A stretch of DNA of 64,000 nucleotides from Epithemia pelagica (taxonomy: Eukaryota; Protista; Bacillariophyta). Below, piece by piece: positions 30,628 to 43,144 of the stretch (positions are counted from its first letter, which is position 1; each line of letters begins with the position of its first letter). Location: positions 1,240,001-1,304,000 of the forward strand of contig OX337238.1 in NCBI GenBank assembly GCA_946965045.2, in the 5' to 3' direction. The position numbers were made by a program, and so were the translations under genes. The notes beneath the pieces were generated by a model. It worked only from the letters and a program-made list of their open reading frames with translations. It was not told the DNA's origin and made no database searches.

Positions 30628-33249
30628 TTGCCATTGGAGGACTGGGAGGACCTGGACGACCATAAGACTGCCCCATCCGACATGCTCGAAGAAGCAACAA
30701 AGGACATGAAGGAAGACCATGAATCATCCTCATCTGCAACAGCTGTAGCAGCACAGCATGGTCCCGAGGATCCGGCAGAACCCGTACGACAACACCAGGC
30801 TCCCACTTCCCACACCAAGAACAACAACCCAAACGACCACAAACGTCCGCATTCTTCGACTACTACTACCACCACCACCACGAATCAAAGCAATCCTACT
30901 CCTGCTGCTGCTGCATCAACAAAGCGACCCAAACTCACGCCCAAACGCAAGACCAATCCAGCCGTTTTGGCCACACGACGAATCATTCAACAGTGTTGTG
31001 CCGCCAACGATTTGTTGACGGCACTCCAAGCCTGGAAGGACGCACAACGTCAAGGCATTGCCCTCGAAGCGGATTCCTATTACAATTTATTATCGCTTTG
31101 TGGCGGCTTGGCCGATCGACCGCCTTGTCATATTGGGACTCCCAAAACGACGACGACGACGACGACAAGGAGCAAAACCAATCCGTGCTCATCTCAAACC
31201 AATCCAGTCAACCAAGAAAACACAACAACCAAGGATGACGCTACTGTAGCGCGAGAAATAGAGGATGCACAATCCACCACACAGGTTCTACCTTCTGCCG
31301 AACAACAGAAACAACAACAAGACGAACCAAAGAAACCGCCACCAGCACCACCGCCACCACACGCGACAGAAAGCTCCTCAGATGGACCATCTACCCAGGA
31401 CCCTACAAAACGCACTGAAATTTCCCTCCAAGATCGTCGTCGTCATGCCCTTGACATCAAGGGATGTATGGATCAAGCTCGATTACCCTTGAATGAGAGT
31501 GCCTACACAGCACTCATCAAACTTGCCTGTCGCACCCGACACTTCCAACAGGCCCTCGACTTGTTGCATCAAGCGGAAGCCGATAAAAGTCATTGCAAGG
31601 TAAAATTGCGCATGTATTCCACCCTCTTGGTCGCCTATTGCGAGCAAACAGAAAAGGACAGCGACAATCATTTATCCAGCGATACTGAGGGAACCCATGA
31701 GTTTACCGACAACGACTCCAAGAAAGAGGAGGAGCTACCCATGATTTCGTGGTTGCAATCCGCCTTGGAAATATGGTACAAGGCCACGATTCGACAATTG
31801 GTCTTGACCGAACGAGAATATCTGGCTTTGCTTCAAGCGTGTGGCCACATGGGGAAACGTCGTCAGGGTGGTGACAATTGTTCAGTTTCCGATTCCTCCT
31901 CCGATATGGCTGCCGCTGCTGCGCTGGTATTTGAACGGGTCTTGTCGGATTTGGCCCAAGATGTCTTGGTACCCAGCCGAGCCTGTAGCCAAGCCATTTG
32001 CGACTGGTATGACAGTCCAGCGGCGGCAGCTGCAACTGTCCAGTCCTCTTCCAACGACACTGTGACATCCATACAAGACCTGTTGGATCGCATTCGAACG
32101 GCTCAACAAGCCAATCAATCCGTCGTGCCCTTGTCATTGACCTCTCTTGGACCGGTCCTACACTGTCCCGGGGGATGGACCATTTCATCGTCGTGTTCGA
32201 TTGATCCCCGGACAGGTGTCTTGAGGAATGGCTGTTTGGAGGGATATCGGTTACGGCCCGTCTCGTTGAACCGAAAGGATCCAATTTGGGAGTCGATGCG
32301 ACAAGCCAATGAAACCATTGTCTTGGAGGGCGGTTTGACACAACACACATCGGCCTTTCAAGGAGGAAAAAAGGGCAAAAAGCCACCGAAACTACACGAC
32401 AAGGCCGTCCAACAACGTACCGCGCAATGGCAGGACTTTCAAACCTTTTTGCAACAACGAAACAGGACAAACACTGCATCCATGGTTCAACGAGTGGTGG
32501 TGGATGGAGCCAATGTGGGATATTATCAACAAAATTTTCAAGGGGCACCCAAACATTTGGATTATCATCAATTGGATTGGATGATTCGACAATTGCGACG
32601 CGAACGGCCACCACACCCGGATAGTGATACTACAAGCCCCACCACAAACAGCACATCTTCCACTATGGACGTGTTGGTCTTTTTGCACATTCGTCACGTG
32701 ACACAGGCTCCAGCGGAATACCGACGCATGATTCAACGGTGGAAGGAGTGGAAGGTCTTGTATACGACACCTTGGGGGATGAATGACGATTGGTTTTGGA
32801 TCCAAGCTGCCTTGACGGTACCTGGTACCTTGTTGGTGACCAATGATGAATTGCGTGATCATTTGTTTCAAATGTTGGCTCCCCGGGCCTTTTTGTTGTG
32901 GCAAGAACGACATCAAGTCCATTTTTCCTTTGGGGGTTGGGAAACTGTAGTGGACACGGATGAGGATGGACCCGACAAAACCAAACCACGACAACGACGG
33001 CAACGAAAAGTTGAGCTGCAGTATCCGGAACGTTATTCACGACGCATACAACGTATTGTAAAACCATATCCGATCGCGTCGCATCCAGACGACGAGAAGG
33101 AAGAATTTGTGGGCCTCGTCATTCCCCTACCCAAACAAGGCGATGCCAATCGATTTCTGGATGGCAAACACGTCGAAGGTGAAAATGACGACACCATGAC
33201 CACTAAGGAGGAATTGTACATATGCATCCGGGTCAAGGATGCCACATAA
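30628..33249 (+). CDS. PRORP: Protein-only RNase P (PRORP): PPR region plus NYN metallonuclease; exact start uncertain (first ATG 30682)
   Basis: PPR-like helices (ESAYTALIKL, RMYSTLL). NYN motifs VVDGANVG, NDDWFW, VTNDELRDH, WQERHQVHF. Confidence 0.92.
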   Translation: MPLEDWEDLDDHKTAPSDMLEEATKDMKEDHESSSSATAVAAQHGPEDPAEPVRQHQAPTSHTKNNNPNDHKRPHSSTTTTTTTTNQSNPTPAAAASTKRPKLTPKRKTNPAVLATRRIIQQCCAANDLLTALQAWKDAQRQGIALEADSYYNLLSLCGGLADRPPCHIGTPKTTTTTTTRSKTNPCSSQTNPVNQENTTTKDDATVAREIEDAQSTTQVLPSAEQQKQQQDEPKKPPPAPPPPHATESSSDGPSTQDPTKRTEISLQDRRRHALDIKGCMDQARLPLNESAYTALIKLACRTRHFQQALDLLHQAEADKSHCKVKLRMYSTLLVAYCEQTEKDSDNHLSSDTEGTHEFTDNDSKKEEELPMISWLQSALEIWYKATIRQLVLTEREYLALLQACGHMGKRRQGGDNCSVSDSSSDMAAAAALVFERVLSDLAQDVLVPSRACSQAICDWYDSPAAAAATVQSSSNDTVTSIQDLLDRIRTAQQANQSVVPLSLTSLGPVLHCPGGWTISSSCSIDPRTGVLRNGCLEGYRLRPVSLNRKDPIWESMRQANETIVLEGGLTQHTSAFQGGKKGKKPPKLHDKAVQQRTAQWQDFQTFLQQRNRTNTASMVQRVVVDGANVGYYQQNFQGAPKHLDYHQLDWMIRQLRRERPPHPDSDTTSPTTNSTSSTMDVLVFLHIRHVTQAPAEYRRMIQRWKEWKVLYTTPWGMNDDWFWIQAALTVPGTLLVTNDELRDHLFQMLAPRAFLLWQERHQVHFSFGGWETVVDTDEDGPDKTKPRQRRQRKVELQYPERYSRRIQRIVKPYPIASHPDDEKEEFVGLVIPLPKQGDANRFLDGKHVEGENDDTMTTKEELYICIRVKDAT

Positions 33250-33449
33250 TGTCTATAGAGCCGCTCTAAGAGCTTGGCAAACCCAAACTGTATTATCGTC
33301 TAGTAGTGAGCAGGCATACGGATACCGAGGTTCCTTCTGAATGAGTTTTCGAACAGCCATTCGAAAACTGGAGCATATTCGGCAATGACTGTCAAACAAA
33401 CTAAATGGGATCTTTGAAGAATAGCAACGTCTGGGTAGTAGTGCTTAGT

Positions 33450-34247
33450 TTAGACGATTCGTTCCATTTCCGCCGCATATTGCAAGGATTGTTGAATCCA
33501 GTCATTGGCGGCAATATCGGTCGCATTGAGGGTTGTTTCCACAGGACTAAAGGTAATTTTTTGAGTGGCATCCGTCACCATGTCCCCTTGTGCTGCTGAA
33601 TCATCTTCTTCAATGATCCAATCGTCCCGGTACTCTTGAATGTATTCCTTGAGTTGATCGACGGTATCAAATTTCATCATTTTGGCTGCTTCCGTCAAGG
33701 ACAAGGATTGATAGGCCACTTCCATGCCATCGGCGATGGAATCTCGCACCGTTTGTTGCAAATAATGATCGACAAAAAATTGGTACGAAGCATGCGGAAT
33801 GGGATTTTGAAAAATTTCATCGTACATGCCCACCATTAATTGTCGTTCTAGTCCAATGGGGAACGACAAGAACGGACTGGTGGAGGCATCCTGTTCGGAA
33901 ATGACTTCGAGAACCGAGTGGAATTCGGCCAATCGATGCTCGACCAACAAGTGCATTAAATGCAATCCCAAAATGTGATGCTTGCGGGGGGACGATACCG
34001 TCGACAAAGACGACGACATGTACTGTGACATTAAGAGGGTCATGTGTCGCGAAAAGGCATCCAAATCCCCTTCGGCCAAACTCAGCAACACACCACATTC
34101 CAAGGCTTGGATGGTCTGATCGTCACTGGCGCTGCTGGTTGTCAACAAGGCGACCTTGGCTTGATTCAACACGGTTTTGCCCCCCTCCACATCACCAGCC
34201 GTCACACTGGCTTCCAATTTGGATAACAACTCTGGAATATTGCTCAT
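33450..34247 (-). CDS. RPN12: 26S proteasome lid subunit RPN12 (PSMD8)
   Basis: LGLHLMHLLVEHRLAEFHSVLE, FPIGLERQLMVG, TVRDSIA..EVAYQSL, SLQYAAEMERIV. Confidence 0.93.
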   Translation of the reverse strand: MSNIPELLSKLEASVTAGDVEGGKTVLNQAKVALLTTSSASDDQTIQALECGVLLSLAEGDLDAFSRHMTLLMSQYMSSSLSTVSSPRKHHILGLHLMHLLVEHRLAEFHSVLEVISEQDASTSPFLSFPIGLERQLMVGMYDEIFQNPIPHASYQFFVDHYLQQTVRDSIADGMEVAYQSLSLTEAAKMMKFDTVDQLKEYIQEYRDDWIIEEDDSAAQGDMVTDATQKITFSPVETTLNATDIAANDWIQQSLQYAAEMERIV

Positions 34248-34689
34248 GCTGCTTCGGTTTGATGGTTTGAGTGCAGTATAGATCGTTTGTTTCAATGTCA
34301 GCCGACTGTTCGCAATGAGGGACACAAGGGACAAGGATGGTCGGAGAATGGATGAGAAAGATCGGGTCGCTTACTGGTCACTTTTAGTTGCTATGGAGTC
34401 GCTTCGAAAGATCCGCATAGTCTATGTGTCGTAAATCGGCGTGGAAACTTTGCGAAGTTTCACGATGAAACGACAAACGGCGAAAGGCACCTGTGCGACT
34501 AATCATTTATAACCTACGTTTCGTGGGTTTGCATCGAAGGTTATGAGTTTCTAATAACAATTAATCTGAATCGGTTTGCATCATCATATATATATATGTG
34601 TACGAGTGTGTATGTGTGGTCTTGTGCTCCTCATGTTCTCAGTGTCACCGGACGCCCCAATTGGATGGGGTGCCGTGTCATGGTTTTGA

Positions 34690-37617
34690 TTACTTGGCCA
34701 TTTCGACATCGGGTGTCGTCCAACGCCACTGTTCAATGTCCGGCATGTCGACTCCATTGTCATGAATGTATTGTTTGTGTTCGACCAACTTGTCCGTCAT
34801 GTCTTGACGGACATAGGCGGCGGCATAGACGGTTTCTTCGTCGGCGACCGTCTTGTGGTCAATCATGTCACAGACATCAATGACCAAACTAAAGCGATCG
34901 ACACCATTCATGACACACATGTCAAAGGCGGTACTAATCGTTCCTTCTTCGTGGTATCCCTTGACACGGAAATTGCGATTGTGGCGATCAAAGACGAGTT
35001 TTTCAACCATTTGGGGATAAGCATGGAAATTGAACAAGACGGGTTTGTCCTTGGTAAAGATGGAATCAAAGGCCAAATCGGACAAGCCATGAGGATGATC
35101 GTCGGGTGTATTCAATTTCATGAGATCGACGACATTGACAAAGCGACTCTTGAGTTTGGGCAACTTTTCGCGCAAAATACTCGTGGCCGCCAAGGCTTCC
35201 AAGGTCGGAACGTCACCGGCACAGGCCATGACAATATCGGGAGCCGATCCCATGTCGTTACTGGCCCATTTCCAAATACCCAAACCAGCCGAACAATGCG
35301 CCGTGGCTTCTTCCATGGTCAACCACTGGGGAGCGGGATGCTTGCCGGCCACCATGACATTGACGTAATGGCGACTGGCCAAACAATGGTGCGTACAGGA
35401 CAAGAGACAATTGGCATCAGGAGGCAAGTAAATGCGAATAATTTCTGGTTTCTTGGTGGCCACGTGTTGCAAAAATCCAGGATCCTGATGGGTAAAGCCA
35501 TTGTGATCTTGACGCCAGACATGACTGGCCAACAAAATGTTGAGCGAAGCCAACTGTTGCGCCAAGGAATTTCATTGCACATTTTCAACCATTTGGCATG
35601 TTGATTGAACATGGAGGAAATGCTGTACACAAACCAAAGTATATATTGAAAACAAGACAGAATGGACGAACGATTCGTGAGTTGTCACTACAAGGACACT
35701 TTCTACGCCGATCCAAAGTACGTACATGTGAATAAAGGCTTCGTAGGAACTGAGCAATCCATGTCCACCCGTCAACAAGTATCCTTCCAACCATCCTTCG
35801 CATTGATGTTCACTCAACATTTCCAAGACGCGGCCATCGGGTTTCATATTTTCGTCACTGTCCAAGTATTCGCCCATCCATTGTTTGCTCGTCGTTTCAA
35901 AGACGGCCTGCAATCGGTTCGAGGCGGTTTCGTCGGGTCCAACAAATGCGAAAGTTGCGCGTCTTGTCATTGTGCGACACGACATCGCGCAAATACGTGC
36001 CCATGGTTTAGGTATCCGAGGCTTGAATGTGTCCCCGTTCTTGTGGATTCACGTCAATGCCGTAATTGCCAAAGGCGGGCAAGACCAAGGGTTTGACGGT
36101 GGGATTGGTGTAGGGATTTTCGCCCATGCGCAATCCCTTGGGGGGGAATGAGATCGCGCAATTCTTGCACCAGGGCACCGGATTCCTCAAAGCATTTTTC
36201 CGGTTGGTAGGATTAGAGCCATTCTTCCAAAATCCGCAAGTGTTCGGGATGTTGCGTCGGATTGCTCATGGGCACTTGATGACTCCGATGACTGTCTTCG
36301 ACCAAGTGTCCATCCACGACGCGGGGACCGGTCCATCCCTTGGGCGAACGCAAAATAATCATGGGCCATTTCGGACGTTCCGGTCGTTGACCGTCTTCGA
36401 CGGCCTTGCGCGCATTGGCTTGAATTTTGGCAATCTTGTCGGCACAGGTATCGAGGGCGGCCGCAAAGGCGGGATGCATGAGTCCAGGATCGGAACCCGA
36501 CACAAAGAGGGGTTCGTAGCCATATCCGACAAAGAGGGACTTGAGTTCGTCTTCCGGAATCCGCGACAAGATGGCGGGATTGGAAATCTTGTACCCATTC
36601 AAATGCAAAATGGGCCCCGTCCGTGGCGGGATTCAAAAACTTGTTGGCATGCCACGAGGTGGCCAAGGGACCCGTTTCGGCTTCACCATCGCCGACACAG
36701 GCTGCCACAATGAGATTGGGCTTGTCCAAGACGGCTCCATAGGCATGCGAGAGGGAATAACCCAATTCGCCACCCTCGTGCATGGATCCCGGAGTTTCCG
36801 GCGCCACATGACTGGGAATGCCACCGGGAAAACTAAATTGCTTGAAAAAGCGACCCAAGCCTGCTTCGTCTTGAGTAATGTCGGGATAATATTCCGTGTA
36901 CACACCTTCCATGTAAACTTGCGCGACAATGGCCGGTCCACCATGGCCGCCCGGTCCGGAAATGTGTAAATCATGCTCAAATGACGTTCCTTAATGAGAC
37001 GGTTCAAATGGACATAGATAAAGTTCTGTCCATGAAAAAAACGAACCAAAGACAGAGGGTGAGAGAGGAATTGTCCAGCAGCGCCCATGAAAAAACAGGC
37101 CATTTGGGGTTCGGCCAAACAAGACGTACCTGTCCAGGTGTGGTTCCAAAATGACCCAAGAGACGAGACTTGACATCTCCAATCTCCAAGGGACGTTTCA
37201 ACAGGGGGTTCTTGTCGAGCAAGTAAATCTGCCACGTTGAGGTTCCAAAGGAATCCAAAAAAAAAACAAAGAAGCAAAACAGACGAGATAAAGATATCCA
37301 CACCAAACGATCCATAAGCGGTGAGACGACGACAAGACGGACGAGACAACGCCAGAGACTCTTGCTCCTTCGTTTGAATGAACAACAACCACAAGAACCA
37401 CATCATACAATTACACACTACAACGTACCTGCGCAACGGCCAAATAGTTGGACGCCTTCCAGTAGAGATCCAAGGTTTCAAATTCCTTGGGAATGGGCGT
37501 GGAGGTCGTCTCGTCGGCCGGAGGAAAGGCATCGGCCACAATCTTGTTCACGTCGGGAGCCTTGGACTTTTTCTTATCGGTCGCAGCCGCAGCGGCACTG
37601 GTTCTCTTCTTGGCCAT
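34690..37617 (-). pseudogene. xfp: Phosphoketolase (Xfp/XPK) copy 1, pseudogene; exons 37429-37617, 37130-37228, 35726-37025, 34690-35622
   Basis: [62 protein letters not shown]. Lesions against copy 2: +2 and +3 insertions (~36945-36966), 8-bp deletion (~36613), TAA 36213, +1 in a C7 run (~36143), TAA 36008, +1 (~35944), -1 (~35556). Confidence 0.93.
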
Positions 37618-39146
37618 GGTTGGTTGCTTGCTTGGTTGGTGGTGTGGATTCGATCGAGGTAGGTTTGTTGGTTGGTATCTTTTTTGTGTTGTGTTGTTCT
37701 TGATTTTTTTTATGATCCCTTCTTTTGATGCGAGACGCGAGATGCGACAGTCCCGTCTCTCCGGGCGAAGATTCGATTTGCGTTCGGTTGGTTTCTCCAG
37801 ACATATGCCAATTGGATCTTTTTTCTTTTTCTCCGTGTCGTTTGGATCCATCGTTAGCGTAGATTGCAGTACCAACGTCCACGTAGCACATCCGAAATCC
37901 GAAGCGAAGCACCACAATATCCGTTCCATGGTCTTCTACGAGGGCTTGCCCTTCGCATTCGAGGCACTGTAGCGTCAATAGTACTGCAAAGGTGACGTGG
38001 CGCACCTCACTGTCGTGCGACTGCAACAAGACATTGCGAATGGCCGTTGGCCAGTCGTTATTCGCTTTGTCGGTGGGAGTGGGACTGCAATATGCGAAGA
38101 CGAAAAGAAAAAAATGAGAGACCGGATGCGAACACAGGGTTTGTTTGGTTATAGTTTCAATGGATGGTCGGCAGGCCGACCACGACAAAACTCCGTCAAA
38201 CAAGGGAGAATGTGAACAAACAAGGTCATTCATGGGTCATGGAAACTGGAAACGTTCCCTTTCTCATCGTAATCGTCGACGACGACGAGTCTCTCCACGA
38301 TTAAACATGCAACAAAGAGCAGCAGCATGATTTAGGAATGGACAGGTCGACCACGCTCACAATTCTCTGCTGGTGACTCGCACGGATCAAACCGCGAGTC
38401 AACACACAAGCACCACAGTGGTAGTCCAAGGAACGAAGCATGGAAAACTACTTAAAGTAGACCAAGAAGTGCCATGGATTGGAACAGTGGCTGGTCACCC
38501 AAACATTTGTCACTCGGTTCGTTCTGTGAGGATCAACCACATGTATACCAGAGACGATGGAAGAAGAATCATACCGGCAACCACAAGAATCGAGATCCAT
38601 GTCAAAGTCCGTGGACCGACCCTTGGATGAGGCGAACGAAGGAATCATCTCACCAGAGGTCCTATGGTAAGTGTCACCAACACCAGTCGTTCCACCAACA
38701 AACTGGTTCTGTAATGACTACACCTTTTGGCGCTCGTGAAACTCTTGGAATCTGTATGCTTCTCTTTGTGCTTTTCTTTGTACCAGAAGAATGGTCTCGA
38801 CTGTCGGCAGAGATTAGAGAGAGAAACCAGACAATGGAATACTGGTCTCCAACACAAGGAACACTACTCCCTACAACAACAGAGTACCAGGATACAACGT
38901 TTCTGTTTTAAAACCATCATGTATGGGAAGGAATCTTTGTGTTCCATGGAGACTGTTTTCTTTTTTGTTTTGATTTGTTTTTCTGCACACTGGTTGGGGT
39001 CCCTTCTTTTACTACGACTATCGACAACCATGTTTTTGTTTCAATACGGACGTTTCGCGTGGTTTGTTTTCATTTTTCTTTTCTGGTTTTGTTTGTATGC
39101 TTTGTGCCGTTGGTATCTTGTTGTTGTTTTGCTTCTTTGCATCCTG

Positions 39147-41996
39147 TTACGCCACTTTCCAGCGCCAACTTTGGATTTCCGGCATGTCGACGCCAAATTC
39201 TCGAATGTACTTTTTGTGTCGCACCAATTTGTCCGTCATTTCTTGTCGGACATAGGCCGCCGTCCAGCAGGTTTCCTTGTCGACGGTTTCAAAACATTCA
39301 TTTTCAATCATGTCACAACAATCAATCACCAAACTAAACCGGTCCACGCCATTGGTCACACACATGTCAAAGGCGGTACTAATTGTGCCCTCTTCATGGT
39401 AGCCCTTGACGCGGAAATTGCGATTGTGCCGATCAAAGACGAGTTTTTCCACCAATTGCGGGTAGGCATGGAAATTGAACAAGACGGGTTTGTCTCGAGT
39501 AAAGATGGAATCAAAGGCGGCATTGGACAAACCGTGGGGATGGTCTTCGGGAGACGACAGTTTCATCAAATCGACAATGTTCACAAAGCGAATTTTGAAA
39601 TGGGGCAACTTGTCGCGCAAAATACACGTGGCAGCCAAGGCTTCCAGGGTCGGCACGTCTCCGGCACAGGCAAAAATAATGTCCGGTGCCGCACCATGAT
39701 CGTTGCTGGCCCATTTCCAAATCCCCAAACCGGCCGAACAATGGGCTCGGGCTTCGGGCATGGTCAACCATTGCGGGGCCGGATGTTTGCCAGCCACCAT
39801 GACATTGACATAATGCCGACTGGCCAAACAATGATGGGTGCAACACAAGAGACAATTGGCATCGGGAGGCAAGTAAGTGCGAATAATTTCTGGTTTCTTG
39901 GTGGCCACGTGTTGCAAAAATCCAGGATCCTGATGGGTAAAGCCATTGTGATCTTGACGCCACACGTGACTGGCCAACAAAATGTTGAGGGACGACAAGT
40001 TGTTGCGCCAGGGAATGTCGTTGCACATTTTCAACCATTTCGCATGCTGATTAAACATGGAGGAAATACTGATTGATACAGTGAGTTACGCAACGAGGAA
40101 CAAGGGTCAGTGTCAGTGGCGGTAACCATTGCGTCACGAATACACAGTTGGGAGGAACGTACATGTGAATAAAGGCTTCGTACGAATTCAACAACCCATG
40201 TCCACCAGTCAACAAATATCCTTCCAACCATCCTTCACATTGATGCTCGCTAAACATTTCCAAGACACGCCCATCGGGTGCCATATTCTCATCGCCATCG
40301 CGATATTCGCCCATCCACTGCTTTTTGGTTGTTTTAAAGACGGCATGCAACCGATTGGACGCCGTTTCGTCGGGTCCAAAAATACGAAAATTGCGAGTCT
40401 TGGCATTGCTAGCAATGACATCCCGCAAAAAGGTTCCCATGACATAGGTGTCGGAGGCTTGAATTTGTCCACGATGGTCCGGGTCCACGTCAATGCCATA
40501 CTTGGCAAACTCAGGCAAGACCAACGGATTGACCACTGGGTTGGTGAATGGATTTTCTCCCATGCGATAGCCCTTGGGAGGTACCAAGGCACGCAACTCG
40601 GGAACCAATGCGCCAGTGGCATCAAAACACTTGTCGGGACAATAGGACAAGAGCCATTCTTCCAAGATTTTCAAGTGCTCCGGTTGTTTGGAAGGATTGC
40701 TAATGGGAACTTGGTGACTCCGATGACTGTTTTCCACCATGTGACCATCCACCAACTTGGGACCCGTCCATCCCTTGGGAGAACGCAATACAATCATGGG
40801 CCACTGAGGACGTTGGGGAGGTTTGCCTTCGGCCACGGCTTGACGCGCTGTCGTTTGAATTGCAGCAATCTTGTCGGCACACGTGTCCAAGGCATCGGCA
40901 AAGGCGGGGTGCATCAATCCTGGATCGGATCCTGCCACAAAAATGGGTTCGTAGCCATAGCCAATCAAGAGAGCCTTGAGTTCTTCATCCGGAATACGTG
41001 ACAGAACCGTCGGGTTGGCAATCTTGTATCCATTCAAATGTAAAATGGGCAAGACAGCCCCGTCCGTGGCGGGGTTGAGAAATTTGTTGCCATGCCACGA
41101 GGTGGCCAAGGGTCCTGTTTCGGCTTCACCATCACCGACACAAACGGCAACGAGGAGTTGTGGCATGTCCAAGACGGCACCAAAAGCATGCGAAAGGGAA
41201 TACCCCAACTCTCTACCCTCATGCATGGATCCGGGTGTTTCGGGTGCCACATGACTGGGAATGCCTCCCGGAAAACTAAACTGCTTAAAAAACTTTCCCA
41301 AACCCGCTTCGTCTTGGGTAATTTCGGGATAGTAGTCCGTGTACACGCCTTCCATATATACTTGAGCGACAATGGCCGGTCCACCATGACCTGGACCAGA
41401 AATGTAAATGACATTCAACTCTCGTTCCTTGATGAGACGGTTCAAATGAACATAGATAAAGTTCTAAAGCAGATCCCATGGTCCTTGCCCAATGCGAATT
41501 GGATCAGAGAGACACGAATGAGAAACAACACAAGGAGTTCGGATCACAAAGTATAATGCAAATAGATGTGAAGCGAAATGCCTTACCTGACCTGGCGTGG
41601 TTCCAAAGTGTCCCAAAAGACGGGATTTCACATCCTCCAAAGCCAATGGGCGTTTGAGAAGAGGGTTCTTTCCCAACAAGTATATCTAAAGGCAAGGGAA
41701 AGAAACGATATGAGTAAATGGCCTTTCAGAAGCATCTTTTGTCAAGCCATGTGTGTTGTCCACACGAGATAACATACCTGAGCTACGGCAAGGTAATTGG
41801 ATGCCTTCCAATACAAATCGAGATTTTCAAACTTGGCAGGAATCGGTGTGGCGTCCGCTTCGGATTGGAATGCAACACGAGCGGCTCGTTCCGCGGCGGA
41901 TTCCTTGTCGTTGTTGTCTCCCTTGGTTTTCTTGCGCTGCACCGTCGATTCCGCCGTGGTGCTGCTGGGCGGATGACTCGCCCTCTTTTTCGCCAT
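39147..41996 (-). CDS. xfp: Phosphoketolase (Xfp/XPK) copy 2, open reading frame; exons 41778-41996, 41587-41685, 40163-41463, 39147-40068
   Basis: Three GT-AG introns restore one frame with all XPK motifs, except that the signature reads EGRELGY instead of EGGELGY. Confidence 0.92.
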
Positions 41997-43144
41997 GGTT
42001 CGTTGTGTCTGCCTCTATAGATCTTCTTGTTGTTCTTGCTTTTGAGCGGGAGGATACTTTTTGGATTTGACTGTTGTCACAAACTCTTGGTTTGTGGTAT
42101 TATAGCGTGTCGGGGCTTGACTCGTCCAAAGGATGACGCGAGGTATCTTTTTTCTCGCCTCGTTGATTGATGGGACAACCCGAACCGAACTGACTGCACG
42201 ATCTTTCCAGTCGCGGATCGCATTGGGGAGCAGACAACACCTTGGCGCATTCAATAGATTTAATTATTTTAAATTGTAGAGAAAGGTATGCGAAGAAGTC
42301 TCGGTAGTATTTCACCTTCGCGAAGAGAACTGCTCCGCTTCTGCTTTTCGTTCGGCCGCGTTCTCTTTTCCCAGTCCAGATTGTTTTCGTATGTGATGTT
42401 TGATGTTACCTGGTTGATGGTTGCTCCCTAGGTGAAGAAGAGCCAAGAAGTAAGACTATTGTATTCTTGGTGATCATGGATGATCCAACATCCAACCTGG
42501 TTCTTTAGCCCGTTATCATTATTGGTGCAAATTGGGAACCAGCGAGTAAACGTGCCATGAGAACACGAACCAACCAAGGAATGGCAAACAGATGTTGTCT
42601 CTCACGGATCGTGCCAACTAAACAAGACGAATGCCGCAAACCGGTTGGCGCTTGGTGGACGCAAGATTGGATTGGCCTGCTGGAATGATTTCAGACACCT
42701 TCTCCCTGTACCCTGTGACTCTCCATGGATCCACACCACTCGACGGACCAGAACAAAGCGCGTTTGGATCTGTTTCCGCCCGATAGAGCAACTGGAGCAA
42801 AACGAGAACAATCACGTGGTATACAGAGACGAGGAAGTGAGCCAGACGAATCTGCTCTACTAGAACACCCGCGGTTACCTTTCCTGAACCGTTTGTAGGA
42901 TATCATTGTCTACGTTGGACACTCTGTATTTTCTCGCCCTTCGAAAGTACACAAGTTCTCGTTGTCCCATGGAGATGACTCTAGGTAGTTGGCGCCGCAT
43001 ACAATAGTAGCTAGCGAGAGGGAGATACAGATGTTGGTACCAAAGACGTGTCTTTCCATATGTAAAGTTGGACGGAAACCATGGTCGAATTGGATCGCTA
43101 GATAGATTTAGTCTATACGACTCGTACTCGTACTCATTGTCGTG

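Noticed and set aside
34690-37617. Programmed frameshifting or pure sequencing error in XPK copy 1
   Set aside because: The lesions are numerous and varied (8-bp microhomology deletion, two nonsense codons, short duplications) while neighbours are intact. Only the C7 run could plausibly be an error.
34690-41996. Bacterial contamination or very recent HGT of phosphoketolase
   Set aside because: Both copies have three spliceosomal introns and host-like codon usage.
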